NCBI GenBank assembly: GCA_038209745.1
Contig: JBBQXJ010000003.1
Coordinates: 46,284 to 110,283 of the forward strand
Length of the DNA: 64,000 bases
Direction of reading: 5' to 3'
DNA from: Verrucomicrobiota bacterium
GTDB lineage: Bacteria; Verrucomicrobiota; Verrucomicrobiia; Limisphaerales; CANJSG01
This document shows, in pieces, positions 50,234 through 59,543 of the stretch. The stretch's first letter is position 1. The number at the start of each line of letters is the position of its first letter. A program made the translations under genes and the position numbers. Below the pieces are notes generated by a model. The model had not been told where the DNA came from. It was given only the letters and a program-made list of their open reading frames with translations, and did no database searches.

Positions 50234-51996
50234 GATTGGTTGCGTCGGCGCGGGGTCGCTGGATCGGACGGGACGGAGAGGCCGAGTCGGATCCGGGTGC
50301 CTTTGCCGGTTGCGGAAACGATCTCGAATCCGCCTCCAATTGTCTGCATCCGTCGGCGGAGGTTGCCGAGCCCGTTCCCGGCGACTGGGTCCTGCGGGTC
50401 GAAGCCACGGCCATCGTCCTGGATGAAGATGTCCAGTTGCGGCCTTGAAAAGGAGATGCCGATCCGAACCTCCGTGGCGTGGGCGTGTTTGACCACGTTG
50501 TGGACGGCTTCCTTGACCGCCATGATGAGGTTGTGCCGGACCTGGCTGGTCAGGGGGATGCTCGGCGGGAGCGACGGCACTTCGAGCCGACAGCGGAGCT
50601 GGGCTTCGGAGCAAAGCTGGTTGCCGACTTGGCAGAGGTAGTTGGCGAGCGCGTCGAGGCTGTCGTTCTCGGGGTTCACCGACCAGACCGTCTCGTAGAG
50701 CGCGCCCACGAGACGACGGGCCATCCGCGAGACCTCGCCGAAATCGCCGCGAGCTTCGGCGGGCAGGGAACCTCGCTTTTGAGCCACCGCGCTGAAGAGG
50801 GAGATCTGGGTCACGCGGGCGCCGAGATCGTCGTGGATGTCCTGGGCGATGCGCAGCCGCTCCTGCTCGATGGCGCGTTGTTGTTCCAGCTGCCACAACC
50901 GTCGCTGCATGCGCCGCCAATCCGCCAGACGCCAAACGCAAACGCCGATCCCCGTGAGTCCGGTGGCGACCGCGATCCAGAACCACGGGGTTTTCCAGGC
51001 GGCCAACGGAACCTCCAGGGACAGGGAGGTCTCCTGCAGGAGCGGTTCTCCGGAGAGGGAAAGGCCGTTGATCTGGAACCGGAAGAAACCGGCCGGTAGT
51101 TCCGAGTAGCTTGCTGTGGCCGGACCGGCCAAACCGGTGCTGAAAGCATCCGCCCACTCGAGGGTGAGGACATCGCCGGGTGACACCTTTGGCGCCGCCT
51201 CTTTGAGCGTGTGCCATTCGGCGTGTCCGTTGACGTCGTCGTCTTCAAGGCCGAGGGCGGGCACCCGGAACAAAGGGCCGGCGCCGCCTGCTTTGGCCAT
51301 GCTCGCGCGCAATCCGTCCCGCATCCATCCTTCGGGGGCGGTGTTCGGAGAGCCAGGGCCGGCGCTTGGGGCGAAGGCCCAGGGAATCGCGATCGTGGTG
51401 TCGGTGCTCCCCTTTGAAGTTTTGCTGACCACCAGATTGGTCAACCAATAGACCCCGACCGAGTTCGGCGGCCCGGCGGAGGTCAACACCACCCAAACGG
51501 CGGTGGCGTGTCGGGGCACTTTGATTTTCTCGATATGTTGGTGGAAATCGGAGGTGTCGCGGCGCCCGGTCCATCCGTCGGACTGGCCGCGGGCGAGGAA
51601 GACGGACTCGCCGATCTGGTCGCCGTTTCCGCCGAGAAAACGGACCAACAATCGCATTTCTCCGGCGACTTCCCGCCAGTCCTCGTCCTGACCGTCCAGT
51701 TTGTGTCGGATGCGAAGCGCCAGCGCGGGAGAGTTGGAAGCGGGACCGTAGCCGATGGTGATCTGCTGTGGTTGTGCGGGCAGTGTCAGACGCGTGTTGG
51801 GGCGGAAGGGCACCGGCTTGGTGTTCACCTTAACCGATTGGATTCGAAGGATCGCGTTGGTCGCTGCTTTCGGGACCGGTTCACCTGCGGCGGCTCGCCA
51901 ACAGAGCAGAGCCACCAGGATCGACGCGGCCGTCCAATTGCGTCCGGTCCGGCGCGGAGGGCCGCTCAAGTGGTAGGCTTTGGGTACGGGGTCCAT
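50230..51996 (-). CDS. Sensor histidine kinase (HisKA_3) with periplasmic split Y_Y_Y-like domain
   Basis: ERLRIAQDIHDDLG, EAVHN.VKHA, DDGRGF, GNGLGN; TM helix after PWFW. Confidence 0.9.
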   Translation of the reverse strand: MDPVPKAYHLSGPPRRTGRNWTAASILVALLCWRAAAGEPVPKAATNAILRIQSVKVNTKPVPFRPNTRLTLPAQPQQITIGYGPASNSPALALRIRHKLDGQDEDWREVAGEMRLLVRFLGGNGDQIGESVFLARGQSDGWTGRRDTSDFHQHIEKIKVPRHATAVWVVLTSAGPPNSVGVYWLTNLVVSKTSKGSTDTTIAIPWAFAPSAGPGSPNTAPEGWMRDGLRASMAKAGGAGPLFRVPALGLEDDDVNGHAEWHTLKEAAPKVSPGDVLTLEWADAFSTGLAGPATASYSELPAGFFRFQINGLSLSGEPLLQETSLSLEVPLAAWKTPWFWIAVATGLTGIGVCVWRLADWRRMQRRLWQLEQQRAIEQERLRIAQDIHDDLGARVTQISLFSAVAQKRGSLPAEARGDFGEVSRMARRLVGALYETVWSVNPENDSLDALANYLCQVGNQLCSEAQLRCRLEVPSLPPSIPLTSQVRHNLIMAVKEAVHNVVKHAHATEVRIGISFSRPQLDIFIQDDGRGFDPQDPVAGNGLGNLRRRMQTIGGGFEIVSATGKGTRIRLGLSVPSDPATPRRRNQS

Positions 51997-52332
51997 GCAA
52001 TCGATGAATCGGCCCAAGGGCGGTTCGGAGGAGTTTCCTGAAACGTCGCTGTCACCGAAGTCTGTCTCTCCAGTTTGGACTCCATCCCAGGAATGATGAG
52101 AAGGTATTTCGGACGTTCCACCTCTTTGGGGGATGTTGACGCTTGACCGTGAATCCCAGTCTTGGGCCACATTTGTGATCCTTGGCAGGTGCGTCGTGCG
52201 GCTTCCGCTTCATGGCGGTTTGCCGAACCCTCCGTTTCGGTGCGGGTCGAGGGCAAAAGCGGCCGTCCCTTTTGGTTTCGCCCAATGCGGAATGGTCGTG
52301 CCGGGTCGGTTCGCCCATATTCGTTTCATCCC

Positions 52333-53613
52333 ATGAACAGAGCGTCGCGGCTTCGACCGCATCGTTTTTTCGTCCCACTTCTCGGGCTTCTTCTCGGAGT
52401 CGCCCAATCGAGTTTCGGCGCGCGGTCGGACGTCGACGCCTCGACGATGACGGGCAAGCTGCTGATGGGGTATCAAGGCTGGTTTGCCTGTCCCGGGGAC
52501 GGGTCTCCCCGCGATGGCTGGATCCACTGGTTTCGTCGGCAGGAAGCCACGGCCGAGAACGCCACGGTGGACCTGTGGCCCGACGTGTCGGAGCTCGGCG
52601 CGGACGAGCTGTTCCCGACCGCGATGACCATGCCGGACGGATCACCGGCGAACGTGTTCTCCTCGTTCAACGAAAAGACCGTCGTGCGGCATTTCAAATG
52701 GATGGCGGAGCACGGACTGGACGGGGTTTTTCTCCAGCGCTTCAGCGCGAGCCTGCGCGATCCGGCGACCTTCGCCTTCCGCAACCGCGTGGCCGAAAAC
52801 GTCCGGCTCGGGGCCGAGAAGCACGGCCGGGTCTACGCCATGATGTACGACATCTCCGGCCAACCCGGGGCCACGCTCGTGGCGACCCTGACCAACGACT
52901 GGGCCTATCTGGTCAACACCCTGCACTGCACGGACAGCCCCCGGTATCTCCGCCACAAGGGCAAGCCGGTGGTGGCGATCTGGGGCCTGGGCTTCACCGA
53001 CCGGCCCGGGACGCCGCAGGACGCGGAGGCGGTGATCCAGTTCTTCAAAGCCGCGGGCTGCACCGTCATGGGCGGTGTGCCGACGAGCTGGCGGACCTTG
53101 AAGGACGATTCGAAGACCGAACCGGAATGGGCCGCGGTCTATCGATCCTTCGACGTCATCAGTCCGTGGGCGGTCGGGCGCTACGCGAGTGACACGGAGA
53201 TCGACACCTTCCGCAGGAACCGGATCGAGCCGGATCTCGTGGAGGCCAAAGCCCATGGCATCGACTATCTGCCGGTGGTCTTCCCGGGTTTCTCCTGGAA
53301 TAACTTGAGCAAAGGGCGACCGAACCAGATCCCGCGTCGGGGCGGCGATTTCTACTGGCACCAGGTGTTCAACGCGGTCGACGCGGGCTGCACCATGATC
53401 TACGGCGCGATGTTCGACGAAGTGGACGAGGGGACCGCCATGTTCAAACTGGCGCCGACGAAGGCGCAGTCGCCGGCGCAGGGAACGTTCGTACCGCTCG
53501 ATGTCGACGGCTTGAACCTGCCGAGCGACTGGTATCTGCGCGTGGCGGGCGAGGCGACGAAGATGGTCCGCGGGGAGACTCGGCTCCGGCGTAAACTGCC
53601 GATCAATCCGTAG
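52333..53613 (+). CDS. Glycoside hydrolase family 71/99-like protein, exported
   Basis: GYQGWF, HF.WM...G.DGVFLQRF, MYDISG, ISPWAVGR, PVVFPGFSW, AMFDEVDEGTA. Confidence 0.85.
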   Translation: MNRASRLRPHRFFVPLLGLLLGVAQSSFGARSDVDASTMTGKLLMGYQGWFACPGDGSPRDGWIHWFRRQEATAENATVDLWPDVSELGADELFPTAMTMPDGSPANVFSSFNEKTVVRHFKWMAEHGLDGVFLQRFSASLRDPATFAFRNRVAENVRLGAEKHGRVYAMMYDISGQPGATLVATLTNDWAYLVNTLHCTDSPRYLRHKGKPVVAIWGLGFTDRPGTPQDAEAVIQFFKAAGCTVMGGVPTSWRTLKDDSKTEPEWAAVYRSFDVISPWAVGRYASDTEIDTFRRNRIEPDLVEAKAHGIDYLPVVFPGFSWNNLSKGRPNQIPRRGGDFYWHQVFNAVDAGCTMIYGAMFDEVDEGTAMFKLAPTKAQSPAQGTFVPLDVDGLNLPSDWYLRVAGEATKMVRGETRLRRKLPINP

Positions 53614-54130
53614 AGCCTTCCAGCCTGCGAGCCGGACGTTGCTCGGGAGAGGCGGAGGCGGCTTCGTTGACGTCGTTGTCCGATTCGTCCTTCTCCAGGA
53701 ACCGCTTGGCCAGATACCAGCCGGTGAGGGCGGGGATGACGAAGAACGGCACCATGATCAGGCCGTTGCGGACATCGTCGCGTTTTTCCGGCCGGACGAA
53801 CTTCATCGGATACATGAAGGCGAACAGGGCGACGAAGCCGAGCAGGACGGTCACGAGCTTGAAGGTCTGCTGCTTCTTCTTGGCCCGGGCCGGATCCACC
53901 TCTTCGAGGCCGCTGAGCTTGATCGCCGAGACCCAGTAGAAAACCCCGAGGCCGACCCCGGTGAGGAAGGCGAGAAGCACCCAGAGATTCCAGACGAAGT
54001 AGAAGCCCTGATCGTTGCTTCGCAGGGACGCGAGCGAGGCCAGCATCAAGCCGATCCCGCAGGAGGTTACCGCCGTCGCCACCCAGATGAAACTGCCGGC
54101 GGACGGGTTGGCGGGGTTTTCGATCTTCAT
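53603..54130 (-). CDS. Hypothetical membrane protein (about 4 TM)
   Basis: Four hydrophobic segments; coding-like codon usage. Confidence 0.65.
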   Translation of the reverse strand: MKIENPANPSAGSFIWVATAVTSCGIGLMLASLASLRSNDQGFYFVWNLWVLLAFLTGVGLGVFYWVSAIKLSGLEEVDPARAKKKQQTFKLVTVLLGFVALFAFMYPMKFVRPEKRDDVRNGLIMVPFFVIPALTGWYLAKRFLEKDESDNDVNEAASASPEQRPARRLEGSTD

Positions 54131-54280
54131 AGAAGGGGGAGCGTCCCATGTTTGAAACCGCTCCGCTACCCACCGCTTGCGGTAAGAAGCCGGGATGATG
54201 CCCTGAAGTGCGCGCCATAATCCTGGACGAACCAGCACCCGGGGCGCGGAGCGTTGCTCCGCTCTCCGGTATGGGACGGA

Positions 54281-55339
54281 CTACTCCACGCGGCAGATGC
54301 CCGTGCCTTTGACCACTTCGCCGATGATCCAAGCCCTGTGCTTGGTGGCTTTGATGGTCTTGAGGACGGCGTCGGCCTGGTCGGCGGCGACGGTCACCGT
54401 CATGCCGATGCCCATGTTGAAGACCTGATAGAGCTCGGCTTCGTCCACGCCGCCCTTGGCCTGGATGATCTGGAAGATCGGGAGCACCTCCCACGAACCT
54501 TTGCGGACGACGACGTCGCACTTGGCCGGGAGGGTGCGGGGCACGTTGTCCACAAAGCCGCCGCCGGTGATGTGGGCGAAGGCTTTGACGGAGTTCGGCT
54601 GGCCGGCCTTGTTGAACTTCTTCACCAGCTGCAGCACGAGCGGGCCGTAGGTGACGTGGACCTTCAGCAGCTCGTCCCCGAGGGTGTTCCCGAGCTCGGC
54701 GACCTTGCTCGTGGGCTTGAGCTTCAGCTTCTCGAAGAAGATCTGGCGAGCGAGGGAATAGCCGTTGGTGTGGAGGCCGCTGGAGGCGATGCCGATGACG
54801 GCGTCGCCTCGTTTCACGGTCTTCTGGCCGTTCAGCATCCGGTCTTTTTCGACCACGCCGACGATGGTGCCGCTGACGTCGTATTCGCCCTTCTGGTAGA
54901 AGCCCGGCATCTGCGCCGTCTCGCCGCCGATGAGCGCGCAGTTGTTCGCCGAGCAGCCGCGGGTGAAGCCCTTGATGATGTCCTTGAAGACATGGGGCTC
55001 CAGCTTGCCGGTGCCGAGGTAGTCGAGGAAGAAGAGCGACTCCGCGCCGAGCACCGCGATGTCGTTCACGCAGTGGTTCACCAGGTCCTCGCCGATGGTG
55101 TCGTGGCGATCCATGGCGAAGGCGATCTTGAGCTTGGTGCCGACGCCGTCCGCCGAGCTGACGAGGACGGGCTGCTGGTATTTCTTCACGTCGAGCGCGA
55201 AGAGGCCGCCGAAGCCGCCGACCTTGCCGAGGACTTCGCGGCGATGGGTGGAGGCGAGCATGGCGGGGAGGGTGCTCTTGATCTTGTTGCCGAGATCGAT
55301 GTCGACGCCGGCGGCGGCGTAGGCTTTCTGTTTGCTCAT
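54281..55339 (-). CDS. purM: Phosphoribosylformylglycinamidine cyclo-ligase
   Basis: Y..AGVDI, GGFGGLF, DGVGTKL, GGETA.MPG.Y, SSGLHTNGYSL, HITGGG, FNMGIG. Confidence 0.97.
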   Translation of the reverse strand: MSKQKAYAAAGVDIDLGNKIKSTLPAMLASTHRREVLGKVGGFGGLFALDVKKYQQPVLVSSADGVGTKLKIAFAMDRHDTIGEDLVNHCVNDIAVLGAESLFFLDYLGTGKLEPHVFKDIIKGFTRGCSANNCALIGGETAQMPGFYQKGEYDVSGTIVGVVEKDRMLNGQKTVKRGDAVIGIASSGLHTNGYSLARQIFFEKLKLKPTSKVAELGNTLGDELLKVHVTYGPLVLQLVKKFNKAGQPNSVKAFAHITGGGFVDNVPRTLPAKCDVVVRKGSWEVLPIFQIIQAKGGVDEAELYQVFNMGIGMTVTVAADQADAVLKTIKATKHRAWIIGEVVKGTGICRVE

Positions 55340-55503
55340 TTTAAGGGCAGGAGAGTGGCGGCAACCGTCGGTTCGTGTCGAGTGGCCAGTCGGTGAGCGG
55401 CTTGAAGCGGAAGGGGGCTGACGACGGATCGCCGAAACGAGATTTCGGAGATTGTTTCCTTGCCGATCCCAGGACGAGGAACTATTCCCACCCCGCTCTT
55501 TGA

Positions 55504-55673
55504 ATCGATACGGGAATGGTCCGCCATTCCCAACGTGAATGCAGGAGGGAACCCCGTGGGAATCGGGGACGGTTGCGCCACTGTAACGGGTTACAAGCTC
55601 CCAAGAGCCACTGGAACGGAGACGTTCTGGGAAGGCGGGAGCGAGGTTTGAGGCCCGGAGTCAGGATATCGAT
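55504..55673 (+). ncRNA. Cobalamin riboswitch aptamer
   Basis: Closing stem ATCGATA/TATCGAT; AGGGAA-CCCCG-TGGGAAT-CGGGG; GCCACTGT at 55577; GCCACTG at 55607; TGGGAAGG at 55628; AGTCAGGA B12-box end. Confidence 0.9.
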
Positions 55674-55792
55674 CGCACTCACGCTCGTCAGGATTCCGCC
55701 CGGCTCTTCGCCGGGCGTGGTCCGCTTCTCCGCCAAAGAGAAGGACGGGGCCAGAGAAACCGCCCGTTGCGGTTTCGTTTGCGTCTTCGTTC

Positions 55793-55830
55793 GCCTTCAT
55801 ACTTCCGGCCGGGTGATGAAGGCATTTTTT
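55793..55830 (+). terminator. Leader terminator (probable riboswitch expression platform)
   Basis: gccttcat...atgaaggc-atttttt, located between aptamer and first ATG (55924). Confidence 0.75.
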
Positions 55831-55923
55831 ATGTCCATCCCGGCCGAACGCACTGGTCTCCGCCGCTTAAACCCGGCTTCCGCACGCCCGTTCCGGGCGG
55901 GCGGAACCACAAGACCTGTACTC

Positions 55924-56736
55924 ATGAAACTGAAAGTGCGTTTGTCCGTCTCCGCCGCCCTCTTGGGCGCATCCTTCACTTCTTCGGCGCAATACGCGTC
56001 GTCCGTCATCCGCTACGATCTCGGAACTGGCGGTGCTGCCGGCTACACCGATTCGGCCACCGTTCTCGGCCAACCGTCGCGGAACAATCCGTTCGGTCCC
56101 GTCGATCCCTTCAACAGCCAATACGCCAAGACCGACCTGCTCTCCATCGGAGCCGGCGGCTTTCTGGTGGTCAAGATGGACCATGCCGTCGGGAACGATC
56201 CGGGGCACCCCTTCGGCCTCGATTTCTTGGTCTTCGGCAACGCCGGCTTCAACATCGTCAACGGCGACTACAGCGGCGGCGGCATCACCGACGGCTCGCT
56301 CTACGGCGCCAACACCGGTTCCACCCGCGTTTCCGTCAGCGCCGACGGCGTCCAGTTCTTCACGCTGAACACCTCCATCGCGCCGATCGTGGACGCGTAT
56401 TTCCCGACCGACGGCGCGGGCGACTTCACCAAACCGGTGGACCCGTCGCTCACGCCGGCCTCGTTCAACAACCTCGGACTCGCCGGCATCGGTCTGGCCT
56501 ATGGCGGTTCCGCCGGCGGCACCGGCTATGATCTAGCGTGGGCGGTCGATGGCAACGGCGCCTCCGTGGTCGTGCCCTCCGTCGAATACATCCGCATCGA
56601 CGTGCTCAGCGGCAAGGCCGAAATCGACGGGATCTCGGCGGTGTCGGCGGTCACACCGGTGCCCGAGCCGTCGAGCATGGCGCTCGGCGCCTTGGGCTTG
56701 GGCGCGGTCGCTTTGCTGCGTCGTCGGAAGGCCTGA
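55924..56736 (+). CDS. PEP-CTERM protein with BtuH-like putative cobalamin-binding domain
   Basis: Signal peptide; LSIGAGGFLVV.MDH.V.N....DFLVFGNA and YDLAWAVDGNG....VEYIRI motifs; VPEPSS + TM + RRRK. Confidence 0.8.
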   Translation: MKLKVRLSVSAALLGASFTSSAQYASSVIRYDLGTGGAAGYTDSATVLGQPSRNNPFGPVDPFNSQYAKTDLLSIGAGGFLVVKMDHAVGNDPGHPFGLDFLVFGNAGFNIVNGDYSGGGITDGSLYGANTGSTRVSVSADGVQFFTLNTSIAPIVDAYFPTDGAGDFTKPVDPSLTPASFNNLGLAGIGLAYGGSAGGTGYDLAWAVDGNGASVVVPSVEYIRIDVLSGKAEIDGISAVSAVTPVPEPSSMALGALGLGAVALLRRRKA

Positions 56737-56754
56737 TCCCGATCGGTCTGCTCG

Positions 56755-57732
56755 ATGAAACGACCGTGTTCATTGCTTCTCCTTCTTCTGCTGCTGGCGC
56801 GGTTCGCGCCGGCAGCAGAGTGGAAGGAGGACTTCAATTCGGATCCGTCGCCTCGGGGTTGGCGGGTCTCCGGAGATGCTTCGTTGTTCCAGTGGAACCC
56901 CGCGACCGGCGACTTGGCGGTGACGTGGGATTCGTCGAAGACCAACTCGTTCTTCTACCGCCCACTCGGCACCGTCCTCGCCGAGACGGATCCGTTCGAG
57001 GTCGGTTTCGACGTGGTGTTCTCCGAGATCACGGCGGGCGGATCCGACGGAGCGGGAGGAACCTTCGAGCTGGCCTTCGGGCTCTATGGGACGGTGGCCG
57101 CGTTTCGGACGAACTTCCTCCGCGGCGCCGGCGTGAACGCGGCCAACGGACCGCGTGACGTGGTGGAGTTCACCTACTTTCCCGACACGGTGAACGGCTT
57201 TGGCGACACGATTTCCCCGTCCATCTGGTCGCGCAGCAACCAGCCGAATGTGGACTTCATTTTCCCCTATCCGCTCCTCGTCGGCGTGCCCTATCGGATC
57301 GAGATGAAATACGATCCCGCAACGAGAGCGCTCGACACGGTGCTCGTCTCGAACGCCGTGCCGGTGCTGACGAACCGGGTCGTGTTGTCGGCCGCCTCGA
57401 CGGGCTTTCGCCTCGATGCGATCGGCGTCGCCAGCTACCGGTCCACAGCGGGAGATTCGATCCTGGCCCACGCCCGGATGGACAACTTCACGGTCGTCGT
57501 CCCGGATCCTCCGTTGCTGGATCTGGCGTGGACACCCGACGGCCCCGAGCTTGGCTTCCTGTTGCCCACGAACTGGACCGCGGCCATCGAGCGGACCGTC
57601 GATTTGTCGTCCTGGGAAAGGGTCGGTGAGACCAATGACATATTGCATGGCGACGGCACGTTCCGACATGTCGTCGACGCGGCGTCGCCCGCGACGAACG
57701 CGGTCTACCGACTGAAGCTTTCGCGGCCATGA
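56755..57732 (+). CDS. Secreted beta-sandwich hypothetical protein with C-terminal putative sorting domain
   Basis: Signal peptide; EDFNSDP...GW ... MDNFTV; C-terminal [10 protein letters not shown]...VYRL. Confidence 0.75.
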   Translation: MKRPCSLLLLLLLLARFAPAAEWKEDFNSDPSPRGWRVSGDASLFQWNPATGDLAVTWDSSKTNSFFYRPLGTVLAETDPFEVGFDVVFSEITAGGSDGAGGTFELAFGLYGTVAAFRTNFLRGAGVNAANGPRDVVEFTYFPDTVNGFGDTISPSIWSRSNQPNVDFIFPYPLLVGVPYRIEMKYDPATRALDTVLVSNAVPVLTNRVVLSAASTGFRLDAIGVASYRSTAGDSILAHARMDNFTVVVPDPPLLDLAWTPDGPELGFLLPTNWTAAIERTVDLSSWERVGETNDILHGDGTFRHVVDAASPATNAVYRLKLSRP

Positions 57733-58475
57733 CCGGCAATCGGAACAACCTGCGAAGCCGCCTGGGATTCACCCTGGTGGAGCTGCTCGTCGTCATGGTC
57801 ATCGTCGCGATCCTCGCCGCGATGGTCCTGCCCGCGACTTCGCGCGCCAAGCGGGCCGGGCAGCGCGCGGTGTGCGCGAACAACCTTCGTCAGCTCGGTC
57901 TGGCCACGCATCTCTACTGGCAGGACAACCGCGACGCGGCCTTCAAGTATCGCGGCGCGGCCGTGGACGGAGGCGACGTCTGGTGGTTCGGCTGGCTCGA
58001 ACGCGGAACAGAAGGGAATCGCCGGTTCGATTCGTCGAGAGGCGCGCTTTGGGCCTGCCTCCAGGGGCGCGGCGTCGAGGTTTGTCCCGCCTTCGACTTC
58101 TCCGATCCGCTCTACAAGCCCAAGGCCCGGGGAGCTTCCTGGGGCTACGGGTACAACCTCGCCTTGTCGACCGCGCAGAGCGCTCCGGCCTTCCGCGTTT
58201 CGCGCGTTGCCCGGCCGTCCGCCACCGTGCTCTTCGCCGACGCCGCGCAGGTCAACGACTTCCAGGCGCCGGCATCGCCCGACCATCCGATGATCGAGGA
58301 ATTCTACTACGTGGACAGCGGCCAGAAGACCGTCCACTTCCGCCACGCCCAGCGCGCGGTAGCGGTCTTCATCGACGGTCACGTCGAGCCGCAGACCATG
58401 GCGGCGAACTCGCTCGATGGCCGGTTGCCGCGCGAGCGAATCGGACGGATCGATCCGGCGCGGATGCAGCCATGA
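57729..58475 (+). CDS. Prepilin-type N-methylation protein with H-X9-DG motif
   Basis: [25 protein letters not shown]...AK...[23 protein letters not shown] overlap with upstream gene. Confidence 0.9.
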   Translation: MTGNRNNLRSRLGFTLVELLVVMVIVAILAAMVLPATSRAKRAGQRAVCANNLRQLGLATHLYWQDNRDAAFKYRGAAVDGGDVWWFGWLERGTEGNRRFDSSRGALWACLQGRGVEVCPAFDFSDPLYKPKARGASWGYGYNLALSTAQSAPAFRVSRVARPSATVLFADAAQVNDFQAPASPDHPMIEEFYYVDSGQKTVHFRHAQRAVAVFIDGHVEPQTMAANSLDGRLPRERIGRIDPARMQP

Positions 58476-58688
58476 GCCTGGTCAAAGCGCTTGCACGGTC
58501 TCCAAGCAGTGTGCAATTTTTTGGCGGCGTTTACGGTGGGTGCCGCAGCAGTCCCCGGTTGGGCAAGGGTGTCTGTGGAATGCCGATCCTGAATGAAAAA
58601 GCCAAGACCGATGGGTCTCTCACGGTGCGTCCGCACCGGCCTTCTCCTGGCACAAACCTGTTTCTCTGCCGAGCGTAGTTGTTAGACC

Positions 58689-59048
58689 ATGATGGCTTCC
58701 GTTTCTGGTAATCGCCCCTCCATAGACGGCGTCTGTCCCGCCTGTGGCGAGCCCAACGGCTGCCAGTCCAGATCCGTCGGATCGGACGCGAAGACGTGCT
58801 GGTGTTTCGACGTGAAGATCGGTGCGGAAAACATCCGTCGGATCGCCCAGAACCTTCCCTCCGTCGGCTGCCTCTGTGTCTCCTGTCTCACCGCCTCCGC
58901 CGGTGATCCTGACGAACCGTCCGAGCCCGGGCGCGACTACTACATCACCGCCGCGGGAACGCTTGTCTTCACCGCCGCTTTCCATCTCCGCCGAGGAAGC
59001 TGCTGCGACAATGCCTGTCGCCACTGCCCGTATCAGAGAGGATCCTGA
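58689..59048 (+). CDS. Cysteine-rich CWC domain fused to DUF5522-like domain
   Basis: CP.CG.PN.C...CWC...CLC..CL then DYY....G.LVFT..FHLRRG.CC...CRHCPY. Confidence 0.8.
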   Translation: MMASVSGNRPSIDGVCPACGEPNGCQSRSVGSDAKTCWCFDVKIGAENIRRIAQNLPSVGCLCVSCLTASAGDPDEPSEPGRDYYITAAGTLVFTAAFHLRRGSCCDNACRHCPYQRGS

Positions 59049-59084
59049 CGAAAGGCCGCCCGACACCGGGACGCTATGCCCGGT

Positions 59085-59456
59085 CTATCCCAGCTGCGAA
59101 GGAGACAGGCCCACCGCGACGATGCTGCAGGCTTGGACGACATTCAGCCCCAGCCGTCCGGCCTCCGCCAGCACCTCGTCCGAGTCCGTCCCCGGATTCA
59201 GCCAAAGTTCGTCGCAACCCTTCGCCGCGATGTCCGGCAGCACCTGCAGCAAGACCGGCGGCGGCAGGTAGACGCTGACGAGTTGCGGCCGTTCCGGAAG
59301 ATCCAGCACCGATCTGAACGCCGGCACCCCTTCGATCTGGGACTCCTTCGGATTGACCGGAAAGACGGTGTGTCCGGTCTGGAGATAGGCGCGGACGGCC
59401 TTGTTGGAGAACTTGCTCCGGTCATTCGAGGCTCCGACGACGGCGACGGTCTTCAT
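59085..59456 (-). CDS. CoA-binding protein (YccU-like)
   Basis: VAVVGAS..R.K, PVNP, WLNPG, V...C. Confidence 0.85.
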   Translation of the reverse strand: MKTVAVVGASNDRSKFSNKAVRAYLQTGHTVFPVNPKESQIEGVPAFRSVLDLPERPQLVSVYLPPPVLLQVLPDIAAKGCDELWLNPGTDSDEVLAEAGRLGLNVVQACSIVAVGLSPSQLG

Positions 59457-59543
59457 GTCGCAAACGGTGGGGCCGGACGGGATGCAAGGCAACCCAGACG
59501 CCCCTTGCCGCCCGTTCGTCCGGTCCCTACGCTCCCCCGCCTA

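Noticed and set aside
58491..58522. TTGCAC-N14-GTGCAA inverted repeat with T run after the pilin gene
   Set aside because: Short stem with a long loop; cannot distinguish terminator, operator or chance.
58648..58662. TGGCAC sigma54-like site upstream of the CWC gene
   Set aside because: No GC or GT at the required -12 spacing.
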